DNA from: Macrostomum lignano
Taxonomy: Eukaryota
Length of the DNA: 64,000 nt
Direction: 5' to 3'
Assembly: GCA_002269645.1 (NCBI GenBank)
Contig: NIVC01001185.1
Coordinates: forward strand, 278,099-342,098
Shown: in pieces, positions 1 through 12,500 of the stretch
How the letters are laid out: every line of letters starts with the position of its first letter
Numbering within the stretch: position 1 is the stretch's first letter
Position numbers and translations under genes: made by a program
The notes under the pieces: generated by a model
Told to the model about the DNA's origin: nothing
The model's input: only the letters and a program-made list of their open reading frames with translations
The model's database searches: none

Positions 1-1103
1 TCCCACACTCCTCAATCCCGATCCTAAACCCTCATTCCCGATCCCACTCCTCAATCCCGATACCACACCCTCAATCCCGATCCCACACTCCTCAATCCCA
101 ATCCCACACCCTCGATCAATCCTGATCCCACACCCCTCATTCCCGATCCCACTCCTCAATCCCGATACCACTACCCTCAATCCCGATCCCACACTCCTCA
201 ATCCCAATCCCACACCCTCGATCAATCCTGATCCCACATATCACTCAATCCCGATCCCACACCTCTCAATCCCGATTCCACACCTCTCAATCCCGATCCC
301 ACACCTCTCAATCCCGATCCCACACCCCTCTCAATCCCGATCCCACACTCCTCAATCCCGATACCCCACCCTCAATCCCGATCCCACACTCCTCAATCCC
401 GATCCCACACTCCTCAATCCCGATCCCACACCCCTCAATCCCGATCCCACACTCCTCAATCCCGATCCCACACTCATCAATCCCGATCCCACACTCATCA
501 ATCCCGATCCCACACTCCTCAATCCCGATCCCACACTCCTCAATCCCGATCCCACACTCCTCAATCCCGATCCCACACTCCTCAATCCCGATCCCACACT
601 CCTCAATCCCAATCCCACACTCCTCAATCCCGATCCCACACTCCTCAATCCCGATCCCACACCCCTCAATCCCAATCCCACACTCCTCAATCCCGATCCC
701 ACACTCCTCAATCCCGATCCCACACTCCTCAATCCCGATCCCACACTCCTCAATCCCGATCCTAAACCCTCATTCCCGATCCCACTCCTCAATCCCGATA
801 CCACACCCTCAATCCCGATCCCACACTCCTCAATCCCAATCCCACACCCTCGATCAATCCTGATCCCACACCCCTCATTCCCGATCCCACTCCTCAATCC
901 CGATACCACACCCCTCAATCCCGATCCCACACTCCTCAATCCCAATCCCACACCCTCGATCAATCCTGATCCCACATATCACTCAATCCCGATCCCACAC
1001 CTCTCAATCCCGATCCCACACTCCTCAATCCCAATCCCACACCCTCGATCAATCCTGATCCCACATATCACTCAATCCCGATCCCACACCTCTCAATCCC
1101 GAT
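1..1103. repeat. ~21-bp minisatellite (AATCCCGATCCCACACTCCTC), probably intronic
   Basis: Tandem copies with minor variants run from the window start to ~1103. The 352..975 'GSGLRSV' ORF is simply its translation. Confidence 0.95.
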
Positions 1104-1197
1104 CTCAAATTTTAGTGAATTTTAAACATTGAAAACTCGTAAAAATAGCTATTCTTTAATAGTCTGAGTACTCGAGTAGCCATGGCAACAATCAGTT

Positions 1198-1395
1198 TTA
1201 AATGACGCGATTCGTCACTTGCTGGTCAGTGGAAACTACAGTCTCATCAGTGATCACGATGTGGTCGCTGAGTATGAAGAATTCGTTTCCTTTGCTTCCA
1301 CCGCCGCTGCCGCCTGCGCTGTTGTCGGCGTAGATTTCGTCGTTTTCAATGCCAGCAAGCCCGCTAAGGACTCGACCTCGGCCTGGTGATGACAT
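1198..1395 (-). CDS. Probable first coding exon of an unidentified gene continuing off the left end
   Basis: Non-repetitive GC-rich ORF (MSSPGRGRVLSG...DHIVITDETVVSTDQQ) with an in-frame stop just upstream of the ATG and a pyrimidine-rich AG acceptor (TTTTAACTACTTTCAG) ~40 nt upstream. Family not recognised; 3' donor uncertain. Confidence 0.4.
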   Translation of the reverse strand: MSSPGRGRVLSGLAGIENDEIYADNSAGGSGGGSKGNEFFILSDHIVITDETVVSTDQQVTNRVI

Positions 1396-1504
1396 GGTTT
1401 AGAGAGTTTTCCGGGTATAAATTATCGCCTACTGAAAGTAGTTAAAAAAAAGCGATTGTATTAGTGTTGCTGCGCCCTTAGTTAAAAAATGTGGTGTGTG
1501 TCGT

Positions 1505-1930
1505 GTCCGGCGCCCCGTGTCTAATATGTCTGGCGCCCTGTGTCTAATATGTCTAGCGCCGTGTCTAACATGTCTGGCGCCCCGTGTCTAATATGTCTAG
1601 CACCGTGTCTAACATGTCTGGCGCCCCGTGTCTAATATGTCTAGCGGCGTGTCCAACATGCCTGGCGTGTCTAATATGTCTGGCGCCCCGTGTCTCACAT
1701 GTCTGGCGCCCCTTGTCTAATATGTCTGGCGCCCCATGTCTAATATGTCTGGCACCCCATGTTTAAAATGTCTGGCGCCCCGTGTCTAATATGTCTGGCA
1801 CCCAATGTTTAATATGTCTGACGCCCCGTGTCTAATATGTCTGGCGCCCGCGTCTAATCTGTCTAGCGCCGTGTCTAATATGTCTGGCGCCCCTTGTCTA
1901 GACGTTTGCCACCCCGTGTCTAGACGTCTA
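1505..1930. repeat. ~23-bp minisatellite (GTGTCTAATATGTCTGGCGCCCC)
   Basis: Direct tandem copies visible. Confidence 0.9.
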
Positions 1931-1984
1931 GCGTATTTATCCCCCGTGTATTATACGTGCAACGTCTAGACTGTACTTTCTTTT

Positions 1985-2400
1985 TCAGTCTAGGCGCGAC
2001 CTGCATTCGTTGATGTCTGGTGACCCAAGGCTGAACAGATTCAAACACATACCGCCGATTCCACTGCCGCTGCTGGCGTATGGAAACACCTCGGCCGACT
2101 TTCTTAGAAACAGCCTAGGCAACAGGTCCAAGTCCGGATCCGTAACCAGCGCCCCCAGCCAATCAACGAAGGCGTCCTGTACCGGGCAGCGGCCGGAGGA
2201 CTCGCCCTCAAGCCAGGCTGAGTAGCGGGCCAGCGACTGCGGCAGGGCGAGGCGCACGTAGCCCACCAAGCGCAGGTCCCGTGCCTTGTCTCGAATCTTG
2301 GCTGCCAGTGGCCGGCAAACCGTGACGATGTCGCGCAGCGTAAAAGCGCCGGATTGGCTGCCGCTGCTGAATTTTGGCACCAATTTGAAATGGAGATAGT
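1985..2400 (-). CDS. Probable terminal coding exon of an unidentified protein (ORF open to 2581)
   Basis: GC-rich, protein-like segment (TLRDIVTVCRPLAAKIRDKARDLRLVGYVRLALPQSLARY...ECRSRLD*). A possible upstream exon lies at ~3200-3320 beyond the 14-bp repeat. No family recognised. Confidence 0.45.
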
Positions 2401-2659
2401 AGCCGGATACACGGCGTTTGAGTTTTGAGAAACAGTTCTTCGATTGTAGAGACATTTCTGGTCTGAGAAATGACCCGAGTTCCTTGTTAAGTAGCCTACA
2501 AACCGATAATTTGAAACTTTGAAAATCAAATCGATTCCAGTAGAGGCATAAAGTGATTTTAAGCTTGTTAGTCGGTGACAAAAAAAAACTTTAGTTTATG
2601 GTATAAACCCATGCCAGGAATAAGCCAAGAATTTAGGAGGACGAGAATTTGAGGGTATG

Positions 2660-3170
2660 GACTGGAGACTATAGATTGGAGAGTGCAGATTGGAGGGTGT
2701 AGATTGGAGGGTGTAGATTGGAGGGTGTAGACTGGAGGGTGTAGATTGGACGGTGTAGATTGGAGAGTGAAGACTAGAGTTTAGATTGGAGGGTATACAT
2801 TAGGGGGTGTAGATTGGAGGGTGTAGATTTGAAGGTGTAGATTTGAGGGTGTAGATTGGAGGGTGCAGATTGGAGGGTGCAGATTTGAGGGTGTAGATTG
2901 GAGGGTGCAGATTGGAGGGTGCAGATTGGAGGGTGTAGATTGGAGGGTGTAGATTGGACGGTGTAGATTGTAGGGTATAGGTTGGAGAGTGTAGATTAGA
3001 GGGTGTAGATTGGAGGGTGCAGATTGGAGGGTGTAGATTGGAGGGTGTAGATTGGACGGTGTAGATTGTAGGGTATAGGTTGGAGAGTGTAGATTAGAGG
3101 GTGTAGACTAGAGGGTGTAGATTGGAGGGTGTAGTCTAGAGGGTATAGACAGTAGGGGGTGGACTGGAGG
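2660..3170. repeat. 14-bp minisatellite (GTAGATTGGAGGGT)
   Basis: Direct tandem copies visible. Confidence 0.92.
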
Positions 3171-3490
3171 GATAGCCACAGAATTAGTATATGCCCCACT
3201 GCGTGCGTGACAGAACTCTGCGTTCAGCCCATTCCAGCAACCATTGCTTGACACCCGAGCTCTGGGTGTGGCTCTCGAATTTCAGGATGTAAAAAGACAA
3301 TTTCCTCATCATCCCTGCTGGCCTTTTCTGCCTCCTCTCACACACTGATTAGGATGAATCACTGAAAAGGGGTGTGGCCCGCGACCTCATAAAACCCCAC
3401 AACAGGGGTAATATAAGGGCAGGGAAAAGGTAGAAAAAGGTGCTTCAGTGAGTGCCTCTTTTTCCAACAAAACAGTCGGAATCGGAAGGT

Positions 3491-6400
3491 ATGACGTCAC
3501 TGCCATTGTCTATCAGCGTCTTCTGTCTCCTAGAAGCAGCAGCTCTTTGCTGTGCCACCAGTTCAGAGCAGTTCATCAACTTTCAGCTGCTTTACAAGTC
3601 CGATTGGAGCAGCCACACTAACAGGAAACTCGTCTTCCGGCCGGCGCTTCCGGTCGACTTTCCGTCCGTGTCGGTGAGTCTGCATCTCATGATGCTCATT
3701 GAGTCTGTATCTCATGATGCTCATTGAGTCTGTATCTCATGACGCTCATTGAGTCTGCATTTCATGACGCTCATTGAGTCTGCATCTCATGATGCTCATT
3801 GAGTCTGCATCTCATGATGCTCATTGAGTCTGCATTTCATGACGCTCATTGAGTCTGTATCTCATGATGCTCATTGAGTCTGCATCTCATGATGCTCATT
3901 GAGTATGTATCTCATGACGCTCATTGAGTCTGTATCTGATGACGCTCATTGAGTCTGTATCTGATGACGCTCATTGAGTCTGCATCTCATGACGCTCATT
4001 GAGTCTGTATCTGATGATGCTCATTGAGTCTGTATCTCATGATGCTCATTGAGTCTGCATCTCATGATGCTCATTGAGTCTGTATCTCATGACGCTCATT
4101 GAGTCTGTATCTGATGATGCTCATTGAGTCTGTATCTGATGATGCTCATTGAGTCTGTATCTCATGATGCTCATTGAGTCTGTATCTGATGATGCTCATT
4201 GAGTCTGTATCTCATGATGCTCATTGAGTCTGTATCTCATGATGCTCATTGAGTCTGCATCTCATGATGCTCATTGAGTCTGTATCTCATGATGCTCATT
4301 GAGTCTGCATCTCATGATGCTCATTGAGTCTGTATCTGATGATGCTCATTGAGTCTGTATCTCATGATGCTCATTGAGTCTGTATCTCATGATGCTCATT
4401 GAGTCTGCATCTCATGATGCTCATTGAGTCTGTATCTCATGATGCTCATTGAGTCTGCATCTCATGATGCTCATTGAGTCTGCATCTCATGACGCTCATT
4501 GAGTCTGTATCTCATGATGCTCATTGAGTCTGTATCTCATGACGCTCATTGAGTCTGTATCTCATGATGCTCATTGAGTCTGTATCTCATGATTCCCATT
4601 CCCACATTAAGATTTTCTTATGAATCTCATGAATCTCACAAATATACAATATCAAAAGTCAGTCTGACTTTTCTTCTCCACCGCCAGATCGTCTGGAACG
4701 GCCTTGGCGTCTTCTCTGTGGGAAATCGCAGTGTTCAGCACGCCTTTGACGGCCTCGCTAAGCTGGTGAAGCTGGACTTCAAGGCGACATCATCGTCTGG
4801 AAAATCCCGTCACCAGGTTCGTTTCACCTCCCAGTTGCTGCGCAGCCGTCAATTGAACGAGTCCGTGTCCTCTAATGACATCGCGCCCTACCTGATGTTC
4901 GAGTCCGTGCAGCCGCAGTTCACTCGGCAGCAAAAGTACAAAGCATTAGTGAACGGTCTGGACAATATGAATGTCAACGTGGCCAGGGTTGGTCACGAGT
5001 TTGTTGCGACGAATGACTACGCAAAGAGCTACACGTTTGATTTGAACGGCTTGGTGACCAGTGAGTCTGGCTTGTGTGACCTTTGGGTAAGGAAGGTGGG
5101 GCTTCCTAATGTTCGGGTTCTAAGTGAGTAAGGAAGCTGGTGCTGGCGCCCATGTTGCTGGCGCCCATGTTGCTGGCGCCCCTGGTGCTAAAGCCCCTGG
5201 TGCTAAAGCCCCTGGTGCTAAAGCCCCTGGTGCTAAAGCCCCTGGTGCTAAAGCCCCTGGTGCTAAAGCCCCTGGTGCTAAAGCCCCTGGTGCTAAAGCC
5301 CCTGGTGCTAAAGCCCCTGGTGCTAAAGCCCCTGGTGCTAAAGCCACTGGTGCTAAAGCCCCTGGTGCTAAAGCCCCTGGTGCTAAAGCCCCTGGTACAA
5401 AAGCCCCTGGTGCTAAAGCCCCTGGTGCTAAAGCCCCTGGTGCTAAAAGCCCTGAAATAAATTGCCCCTACCTACATGTACCTCCTGGATTCAAAGACAC
5501 CTAAATGAGATACAAAAATTATTTTCCAGTGAATCCGACAGTTGAAACCGCACATCCTCCATCGTAGAGGATTTTATTGAGCCTCGAGTCAACGGCCGTC
5601 GCCTCAGCCTGCTCTCCCAGATCTCCAGCGCCCACCCGCTGCCAGAAGCTGGAACTTCCGGCTGCCTCATCAACTTTGTCACCACAGTCTCTTTGTTGCC
5701 ATTCCTCAATGGCCAGCTGAGATTGCTGAGATTTAAAACGGCCGAAGCCGCTGAGGTCATCGCGACATGGCCGGTGCCCGGCAACCGGCTGCCCTACATG
5801 CACAGCTTCAGCCTCACGCAGCGCTACGCTGTGATATTTGCCGGTCCGCTCTACATCGACACTCAGCGAATGCTGAAGACTGCTCAACCGTTTAAGTCGC
5901 TGCGCTGGCTACCGGAATTAGCGGCAACAATTTACCTGGTCGAGCTGCGAACCGGCCTCGTGAAGTCCTTGTCAGTTCACGACGGTCGCTACCTGATGCA
6001 CCACGTCAACGCTTACGAAAATGACGACAAGATCGTGTTCTATGCGACCGCCTATTCCGACACCAAATTCTTTGCCGGTCTCGAGCTCAGCGTGCTCAAT
6101 AATGATCGGCTAAGGTGCGTTCTTTTGGCTGGTTTTTGCACTCGAGTATGGATATCTTAATTCACCTTAGACTAATGCACCATGTATCCACCCCATTCTG
6201 ATGATCCCATCTTATCCCGATGCTCCCATCCCATCCCGATGATCACATTCCATTCTGATGATCCCATCATGTCCAGATGATCCCATCCCATCTCGATGAT
6301 CCCATCCCATCCCGATGATCCTATCCCATCCCGATGATCCCATCCCATCCTGATGATCCCATCTCATCCCAATGATCACATTCCATTCTGATGATCCCAT

Positions 6401-7952
6401 CATGTCCCGATGATCCCACCCCATTACGATGATCCCACCCTGTCCCGATGATCCGATCCCATCCCGATGATCCCACCCCATTCCGATGATCCCATCCCAT
6501 CCCGATGATCCCATCCCATCCCGATGATCCCATCATGTCCCGATGATCCCATCCCATCTCGATGATCCCATCCCATCTCGATGATCCTATCCCATCCCGA
6601 TGATCCCATCCCATCCCGATGATCCCATCTCATCCCGATGATCACATTCCATTCTGATGATCCCATCATGTCCCGATGATCCCACCCCATTACGATAATC
6701 CCACCCTATCTTGATGATCCCTGGCCATTACGATGATCCCACCCTGTCCCGATGATCCAATCCCATCCCGATAATCCCATCCCATCCCGATGATCCCATC
6801 CCATCCCGATGATCCCATCCCATCCCGATGATCCCATCCCATCTCGATGATCCCATCCCATCCCGATGATCCCTGCCCATTACGATGATCCCACCCCATT
6901 CTGATGATTCCAGCTCATTCCGATGATCCCATCCCGTCCCTATGATCCCACCCCAATCCCGATAATCCCACCCCATTCCGATGATCCCATCCTATCCCGA
7001 TTATCACATTCCATTCTGATGATCCCATCATGTCCCGATTATCACATCATGTCTCGATGATCCCATCCCATTTCGATGATCCCATCCCTGATCATCCCTC
7101 ATCCCAATGATCCCAGCCCAAACTCTCAATGCTCCCACCTGCAGGGACCAGGTGCCAATCAACAGTGAGTTGCGCCGTTACACCATCGACCTTGCCACCG
7201 GCTTGGTGACCTCCGAGGTGGTGCCTGCACCTGAGTCCCTGTCTCACCTGGTTCACCTAGAGATGCCGGTTATCAACGAGGCTCGACGATTTAAGGTGAG
7301 GCTTTAAAATTTTGATGAAGAGTAAGGTTTAAAAGAATCAAACTGCCCTACTGGCACTGTTTCTCAACCTCGCGCCATTGGTTCATCTAGATCACCAGTC
7401 TGTAGAAAGTGCATACTAGCGAACCATTGTTCTCGGCTTAAGCCCCGAATGCACAGTCAAGTGAACTGAAGCACCTGAACCTGACTGTCTATTCATCATG
7501 CTTATCCGTAATATAATTAGCTTACCTGCCATTGTGTTAAGCCCTATGCCTTCCCGTAGAGTGTGTCCCGGCTTTGACAGCTCTGCAGGCAGTTTGCTTG
7601 GACTATTACAACAAAGCAGAGCTTCCTGACGTCAAGGAGGGAGGTGACTGAGCGTGAAAACCAATCTACCAATTTAGGCAGTAAACTTTTTTGGGGTCTC
7701 GTCATAGCCAAAGCTCTTGAGCCTACTTGCGTTACGCACGGAAGAGTGCGCCGTCAAACCAAAGTACCAATACAGCATGATTAAACAGTTCTAGCCAATG
7801 TTTACATTCAGCTTCCGGATATAATTTAATTCAGACTCTAAATTCATCCATTCAGTTTATCGCATCACTCTATCATGATTGGAAAACTAAAGTCAGTCAG
7901 TCAGTCAGTCAGTCAGTTAGTTAGTTAGTTAATAGTTAGTTAGTTAGTCAGC

Positions 7953-8008
<56 letters not shown>

Positions 8009-8056
8009 CAGTCAGTCAGTCAGTCAGTTAGCTAGTCAGCTAGTTAATTAGTTAGC

Positions 8057-8151
<95 letters not shown>

Positions 8152-8547
8152 CCAGTTTTTCACCAACAGCAGCTGGCATTGCAGAGGGCCTGTCTAGCCT
8201 ACGGAATCGTGATGAAAAGCGACAACGTCAACTTGGCCAACATCAGTCTGGCGCGACGCAACCTCTGCAGAGACGCGGCAGCGGACGGGAGGCCTGGCTC
8301 AGACGCTGTCTGGTACCGCCAGCACCACTACCCGTGCGAGCCGCAGTTCGTTGCCGCCAGACGGGGTGACGATGACAAAATCAAAGAAGAAGAGGACGGC
8401 TACCTGGTGACGCTGATTTTAGACGGACTGCGCGTGCGCACCTACGCGGCTGTTTTCGACGCGAGGAGCCTCCGGCTGCTGAGCAGAGCCTGGCTGCCCG
8501 GGCCTCTGCCCTACAGACTGCACGGCAAAGCTTTTACATGGAACTAG
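3491..8547 (+). CDS. Carotenoid cleavage oxygenase (RPE65/BCO/CCD superfamily), 5 exons, ~538 aa, N-terminal hydrophobic leader
   Basis: Exons 3491-3673, 4688-5060, 5568-6114, 7145-7295 and 8185-8547 (alternative acceptor 8170) have GT-AG boundaries in compatible phases (0,1,2,0) and total 1617 nt. Motifs: WNGLG, HAFDG, DNMNVNV, SAHP, YMHSF, HHVNAYE, EMPVINE, CEPQFV, EEDGYL, YRLHG. All four Fe-binding His are present. Confidence 0.93.
3676..4590. repeat. 25-bp minisatellite (GAGTCTGTATCTCATGATGCTCATT) filling intron 1 of the oxygenase
   Basis: ~36 copies. The first copy overlaps the GTGAGT donor at 3674. Confidence 0.95.
5135..5450. repeat. 15-bp minisatellite (CCTGGTGCTAAAGCC) in intron 2
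   Basis: ~20 tandem copies between the donor at 5061 and the acceptor at 5567. Confidence 0.95.
6190..7110. repeat. Degenerate ~19-bp minisatellite (CCCGATGATCCCATCCCAT) in intron 3
   Basis: Tandem copies between the donor at 6115 and the acceptor at 7144. Confidence 0.92.
7890..8152. repeat. (AGTC)n/(AGTT)n microsatellite in intron 4
   Basis: Compound tetranucleotide run. Confidence 0.95.
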
Positions 8548-8975
8548 TGCAAACCATTCACTGGACAAGGTGAACAGACTCATGCACTTCTGATAAATTG
8601 TTTTCAAGCGAAGACTTCATTTAAAAGTTCACTCTATTGCACCTTTAAGCTCCTGGACACGTCATCACGTCAGAGCGTAATTGCCTGACTAACGTACTTG
8701 TGTCTTGTCAACAGTTACTGCAGATGCCTGACTAACGTACTTGTGTCTTGTCAACAGTTACTGCAGATTGACCGATATAATATGTAGTTTGTAGTGTAGT
8801 TGAACAACAATTTGCTTGAGCCATTAAATTGAAAGATTCTACCAACATTCAAGTAAGAGAGATACTTTTTAAAGTAGATTTTATTTTTCGTTTTTTTACA
8901 ATATATAATATAGTAATAACAATTCACTACGACTGGCCTAATGGACAGACGTGCAACCGACAGCTCAGCCGCAGC

Positions 8976-9218
8976 TATTGCGCGGCGCATCTGAAGGCTG
9001 CGTACGGCTGTTCAGTCCAAGGACTGGGGGGGGGGTCGCCACACACAGCCTCAATTACCCCAGCTAATGCTGGCACCCATTTTACATCTGGTTAAACTGA
9101 AGCAATGCAGAGTAAAGTGTAGAGTCAAGGACACAAATTGTTCCGGGTGGGTCGAGAATCGAACCCCCAACTTTTTCAATCGCGAATCCGACGCTCTATC
9201 CCCTAGGCTACAACCCCT
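8976..9218 (-). mobile_element. tRNA-derived SINE, copy 1
   Basis: Reverse complement begins GGGGTTGTAGCCTAGGGG (A-box-like) ... GGGTTCGATTC (B box) and aligns by eye along most of its length to the copy at 45668-45915. Confidence 0.85.
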
Positions 9219-9555
9219 TGTGTTAGTTTTTCAAATTTCTTTTAAGCTTTATCCCATATCAGCGGTTATATGCGTGCATTAACGATGTTACTGTGCTCTG
9301 ACTATAATTGATAGAGGTGGCTACTAAGAAAATAGAGTTTTGGTTGCTAGCTGTTAAAGTAAGCAGATCTGCTATAGTCATTGAAGAATATCAACTAATA
9401 GAATAATCATTGACCTGTGCGAGTCCGATTGTGCTTACAATCATCAAGAGTAAACCTACAGAGTCATAACCGGAACTGAATCAGGTCGCAGTTTGATGAT
9501 AGCAAAATCCAGTGAGCTTTCGTGCAAGCTGTCACTGAACAGGAACTACAGGAGC

Positions 9556-12500
9556 TCAGAGCTCTTCCACCTTTTCAACCGCAGTCGTCTCGGTGCTGCC
9601 GATGTAGGAGTTCATCTCGGTGTTGACTGTCGTCCCGACAAATTTACCAGCAAACAGTGCCCGGAAAATGTAGAACAGTAGCTCCAGAAGTTCGCACAGG
9701 GTGAGTATTGAAACGCCACACCAGAGGCCCAGAATGCCTGCAATTGAAGTTAAAAAATCGCTGAGAGTTGAATGCAAGACATTCTAACACGGTACTATAA
9801 TCTGAACATCATTTCAATTATGAGTACCTCCAAAGTCAGCCACTAAGTTCTTTGTGGGGTAGGCTTCCTCTTCAGAGATCTCCTGAATTGTGGCGCTCCA
9901 CGCTTTGACTGTCAGCCAGGCGAGACGATTCTGAAGCGCCTCAAGTTCTGCGTCAAAGTTGAGCCTATCACTGGCTGTTTTATTTTCTGACGAAGACTCG
10001 GAGTAGCTCTGCACTTTCAGCAATACCTGATAGATATTAGCGAGGCCTCTCATACCGCTGATGCTGGTTCTATAGCCAAAGTTCGAGGCCAACTGTTTTA
10101 TTAGCTCAATTGATTGGGCATTTTTTAAATTAGGCCACGAATAAGTGACGAATCTGGTACTGTAGTCATCTGTGCGGCACGGCGGCTGGCACATCTGGCT
10201 GCCTTCGAACTGGTAACGCTGTATCTGTGACACCTGTTCGTTGTAGCAGGTCTCAACAACTCGAGAGAAATTGCTAATGTCCTTGATGTCGAAACAGTTT
10301 TTGTACTTTGTGACTAAAGCCACTGGAATAGGTTGAAACGATGGTAAACACTTGCAGTAGTCGATAAACTTTTGCACAATGTAGGTGTTGATGCAGTCCT
10401 CTCGCTCAGAGACAAACTGCCTCTCGGAACCTTTTAAATCACTAAAATGGCAAATTAAGTACCTGTTCATCCTTTATTTCCAGTAAAGACTCGAACGATA
10501 TGCAAATTCACTTACATTGTCCCTCCTTTTAATTCAGTCATCTCACGTAGCTTTGTCAGCTTTTCAGCCCAATCTGATGAGGCAATTACCGCCTTAGCTG
10601 CTCTCTCAATTCTGCAATTATAAAAATGTTTGATTACAAAAATCGAATACATAGATACACACGAGATCTACATGTTTGAGACTAGTTCACACAGCTCACT
10701 TTCCGCCATCATTTGATGAAGATAGATCCCAGGAAGGCAGTCGGTAACTATCCAGTTTTTCGGTCTCCTGACAAGGACTGGATTTAGTGGAGAGTCTTGA
10801 GTACTTCTCAAACCTAAGCTGCACGTCCATGCGTTGAGCAGCCACTATCGCGATACTCCTGGACGCCCAGGGAAATTTCTTCTCCGGCACAATGATCGCC
10901 TGCGGTTTTAGAAACAGCAGAATGAACTCTTTGGCAAAAAGTTTGTAGAAGCATCGTTGAAAGAATTCCTTACATTTAGCGCCGTATTGCTGTCATCAGA
11001 GGATGACATCACGCTGTCGTGAACAACTTGGTTGAGTTTTTCCATGCCAAATGGAAGCCGACCCTTGGAATCTGTCGAGTCGGTGAAGTACATGATTGAC
11101 AGCTCACTATTCGCCAGCTGTGTACTTGTCATATTGGCGGTAAACTTTTGCTTTAGAAACTGGTGGCACATGCCAAGCTGGGGGTGCTCAAAATTCACAA
11201 AGTGCTCATTGGTGCACTTCTGGCCGGCGAAGCTGCAGCTGGCAAGTGCGATGCTGAGATCGCTGCCAAATTGACGAGCGAGCAGATGCCTGCCCACAGA
11301 GTCTCTGATGGCGCCTGGGACGCTGCGAAATTTCGAATCTGCGACAATGTTTTAAATTAAGTCTGAAATTAATTGTTTTGATCTCGGATTAATATAATAT
11401 TAAACGTTCAAAACTCACAGCACAACGCTAAGTTACACGGCTCGAAGGCCATTTCGAAAAGAGTATGTTGAGAAATTTCTACGCGGTCAATGAAGCGAAG
11501 AGCGCGTTCCGGCAAGCAGGCGGGGACCTCAGACTCGAATGCTTTTTGACGCCTGAAATGAAATTGATTTATCGCATTTAGCCTTCTGTTGGAATTGTAA
11601 AACAGATAAGATGCAGGATCCTCTGGCTCACTCGAAGTGGCTGTAGTTTTCATTCGCTATGTCCATCACTATGCTCACTGAGCGGCAGTAGTTGTCCGTA
11701 TTCGTCTTGGCTACGTCTGGCGTTTCAATTTGCATTTTCAGTAGCCTCCCAACTCCTTAAATGTGAGTATTTTTGCAATCCATTTACCATATTCATTGGT
11801 TATTGTTTTAGTTAGGCCGTATGAATAAAGTGAGCTTTAGTTCCCAAATCCTAACTTAGCATGACAAAAGCAACGCGCCATCGCGTTCCGTTTCTGCCCC
11901 ACTTCAATGCTCCTATGTCTATGGCCAAAAAGAGTACGCTGTATGAAATGGAAGTATATAAAGGAAAAGACAGTAACCTCAACGCTGTATGAAATGGAAG
12001 TATATAAAGGAAAAGACAGTAACCTCAACAGGTGGCAGGAGGGAAGACATTGCAGATCTCGGATCAAAAATTTTGTTGAACAGGAGTGTCGCGAACTCAA
12101 CGTCAACGAGCTTCTTGGTCTTCATGACATTGAGATGTCAGCGCGAACGGAAGTGTAGACTAAGTAAAACGGAACAGGATAGTGTTCAATGCATTTGAGT
12201 GCACATAGAAGGCAATGCTGACTGCGTTATTAATATTGAACTTTTTGTATAATTGCTATTGTGTGTAACTGTTGGTCCGTTCGACGATGCGTGGATTGTC
12301 TATAAATACAATGGCTTGTTGTAGACAGTTGTCTATGGTAAAAAGTCTGGCTTGTTGTAGACAGTTGTCTATGGTAAAAAGTCTGGCTTGTTGTAGACAG
12401 TTGTCTATGGTAAAAAGTCTGGCTTGTTGTAGACAGTTGTCTATGGTAAAAAGTCTGGCTTGTTGTAGACAGTTGTCTATGGTAAAAAGTCTGGCTTGTT

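Noticed and set aside
352-975. Long repetitive ORFs (also 6212-6976, 12230-12675, 13629-14231, 31106-32073, 34585-35296, 51245-52242, 53206-54064)
   Set aside because: All are translations of stop-free tandem repeats, mostly within introns; there is no domain signal.
5124-5504. ORF of (GAKAP)n resembling a histone-H1-like or structural repeat protein
   Set aside because: It is the 15-bp minisatellite inside oxygenase intron 2. It is open in several frames, and the flanking exons splice in phase without it.
8676-8770. Two-copy 43-bp tandem duplication (and a ~45-bp one at ~11935-12030)
   Set aside because: Simple local duplications in non-coding DNA with no further structure.
9090-9218. tRNA gene (also 45668-45745)
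   Set aside because: A and B boxes are present but there is no convincing cloverleaf, and both copies continue into a shared ~170-bp body, so these are SINE heads.
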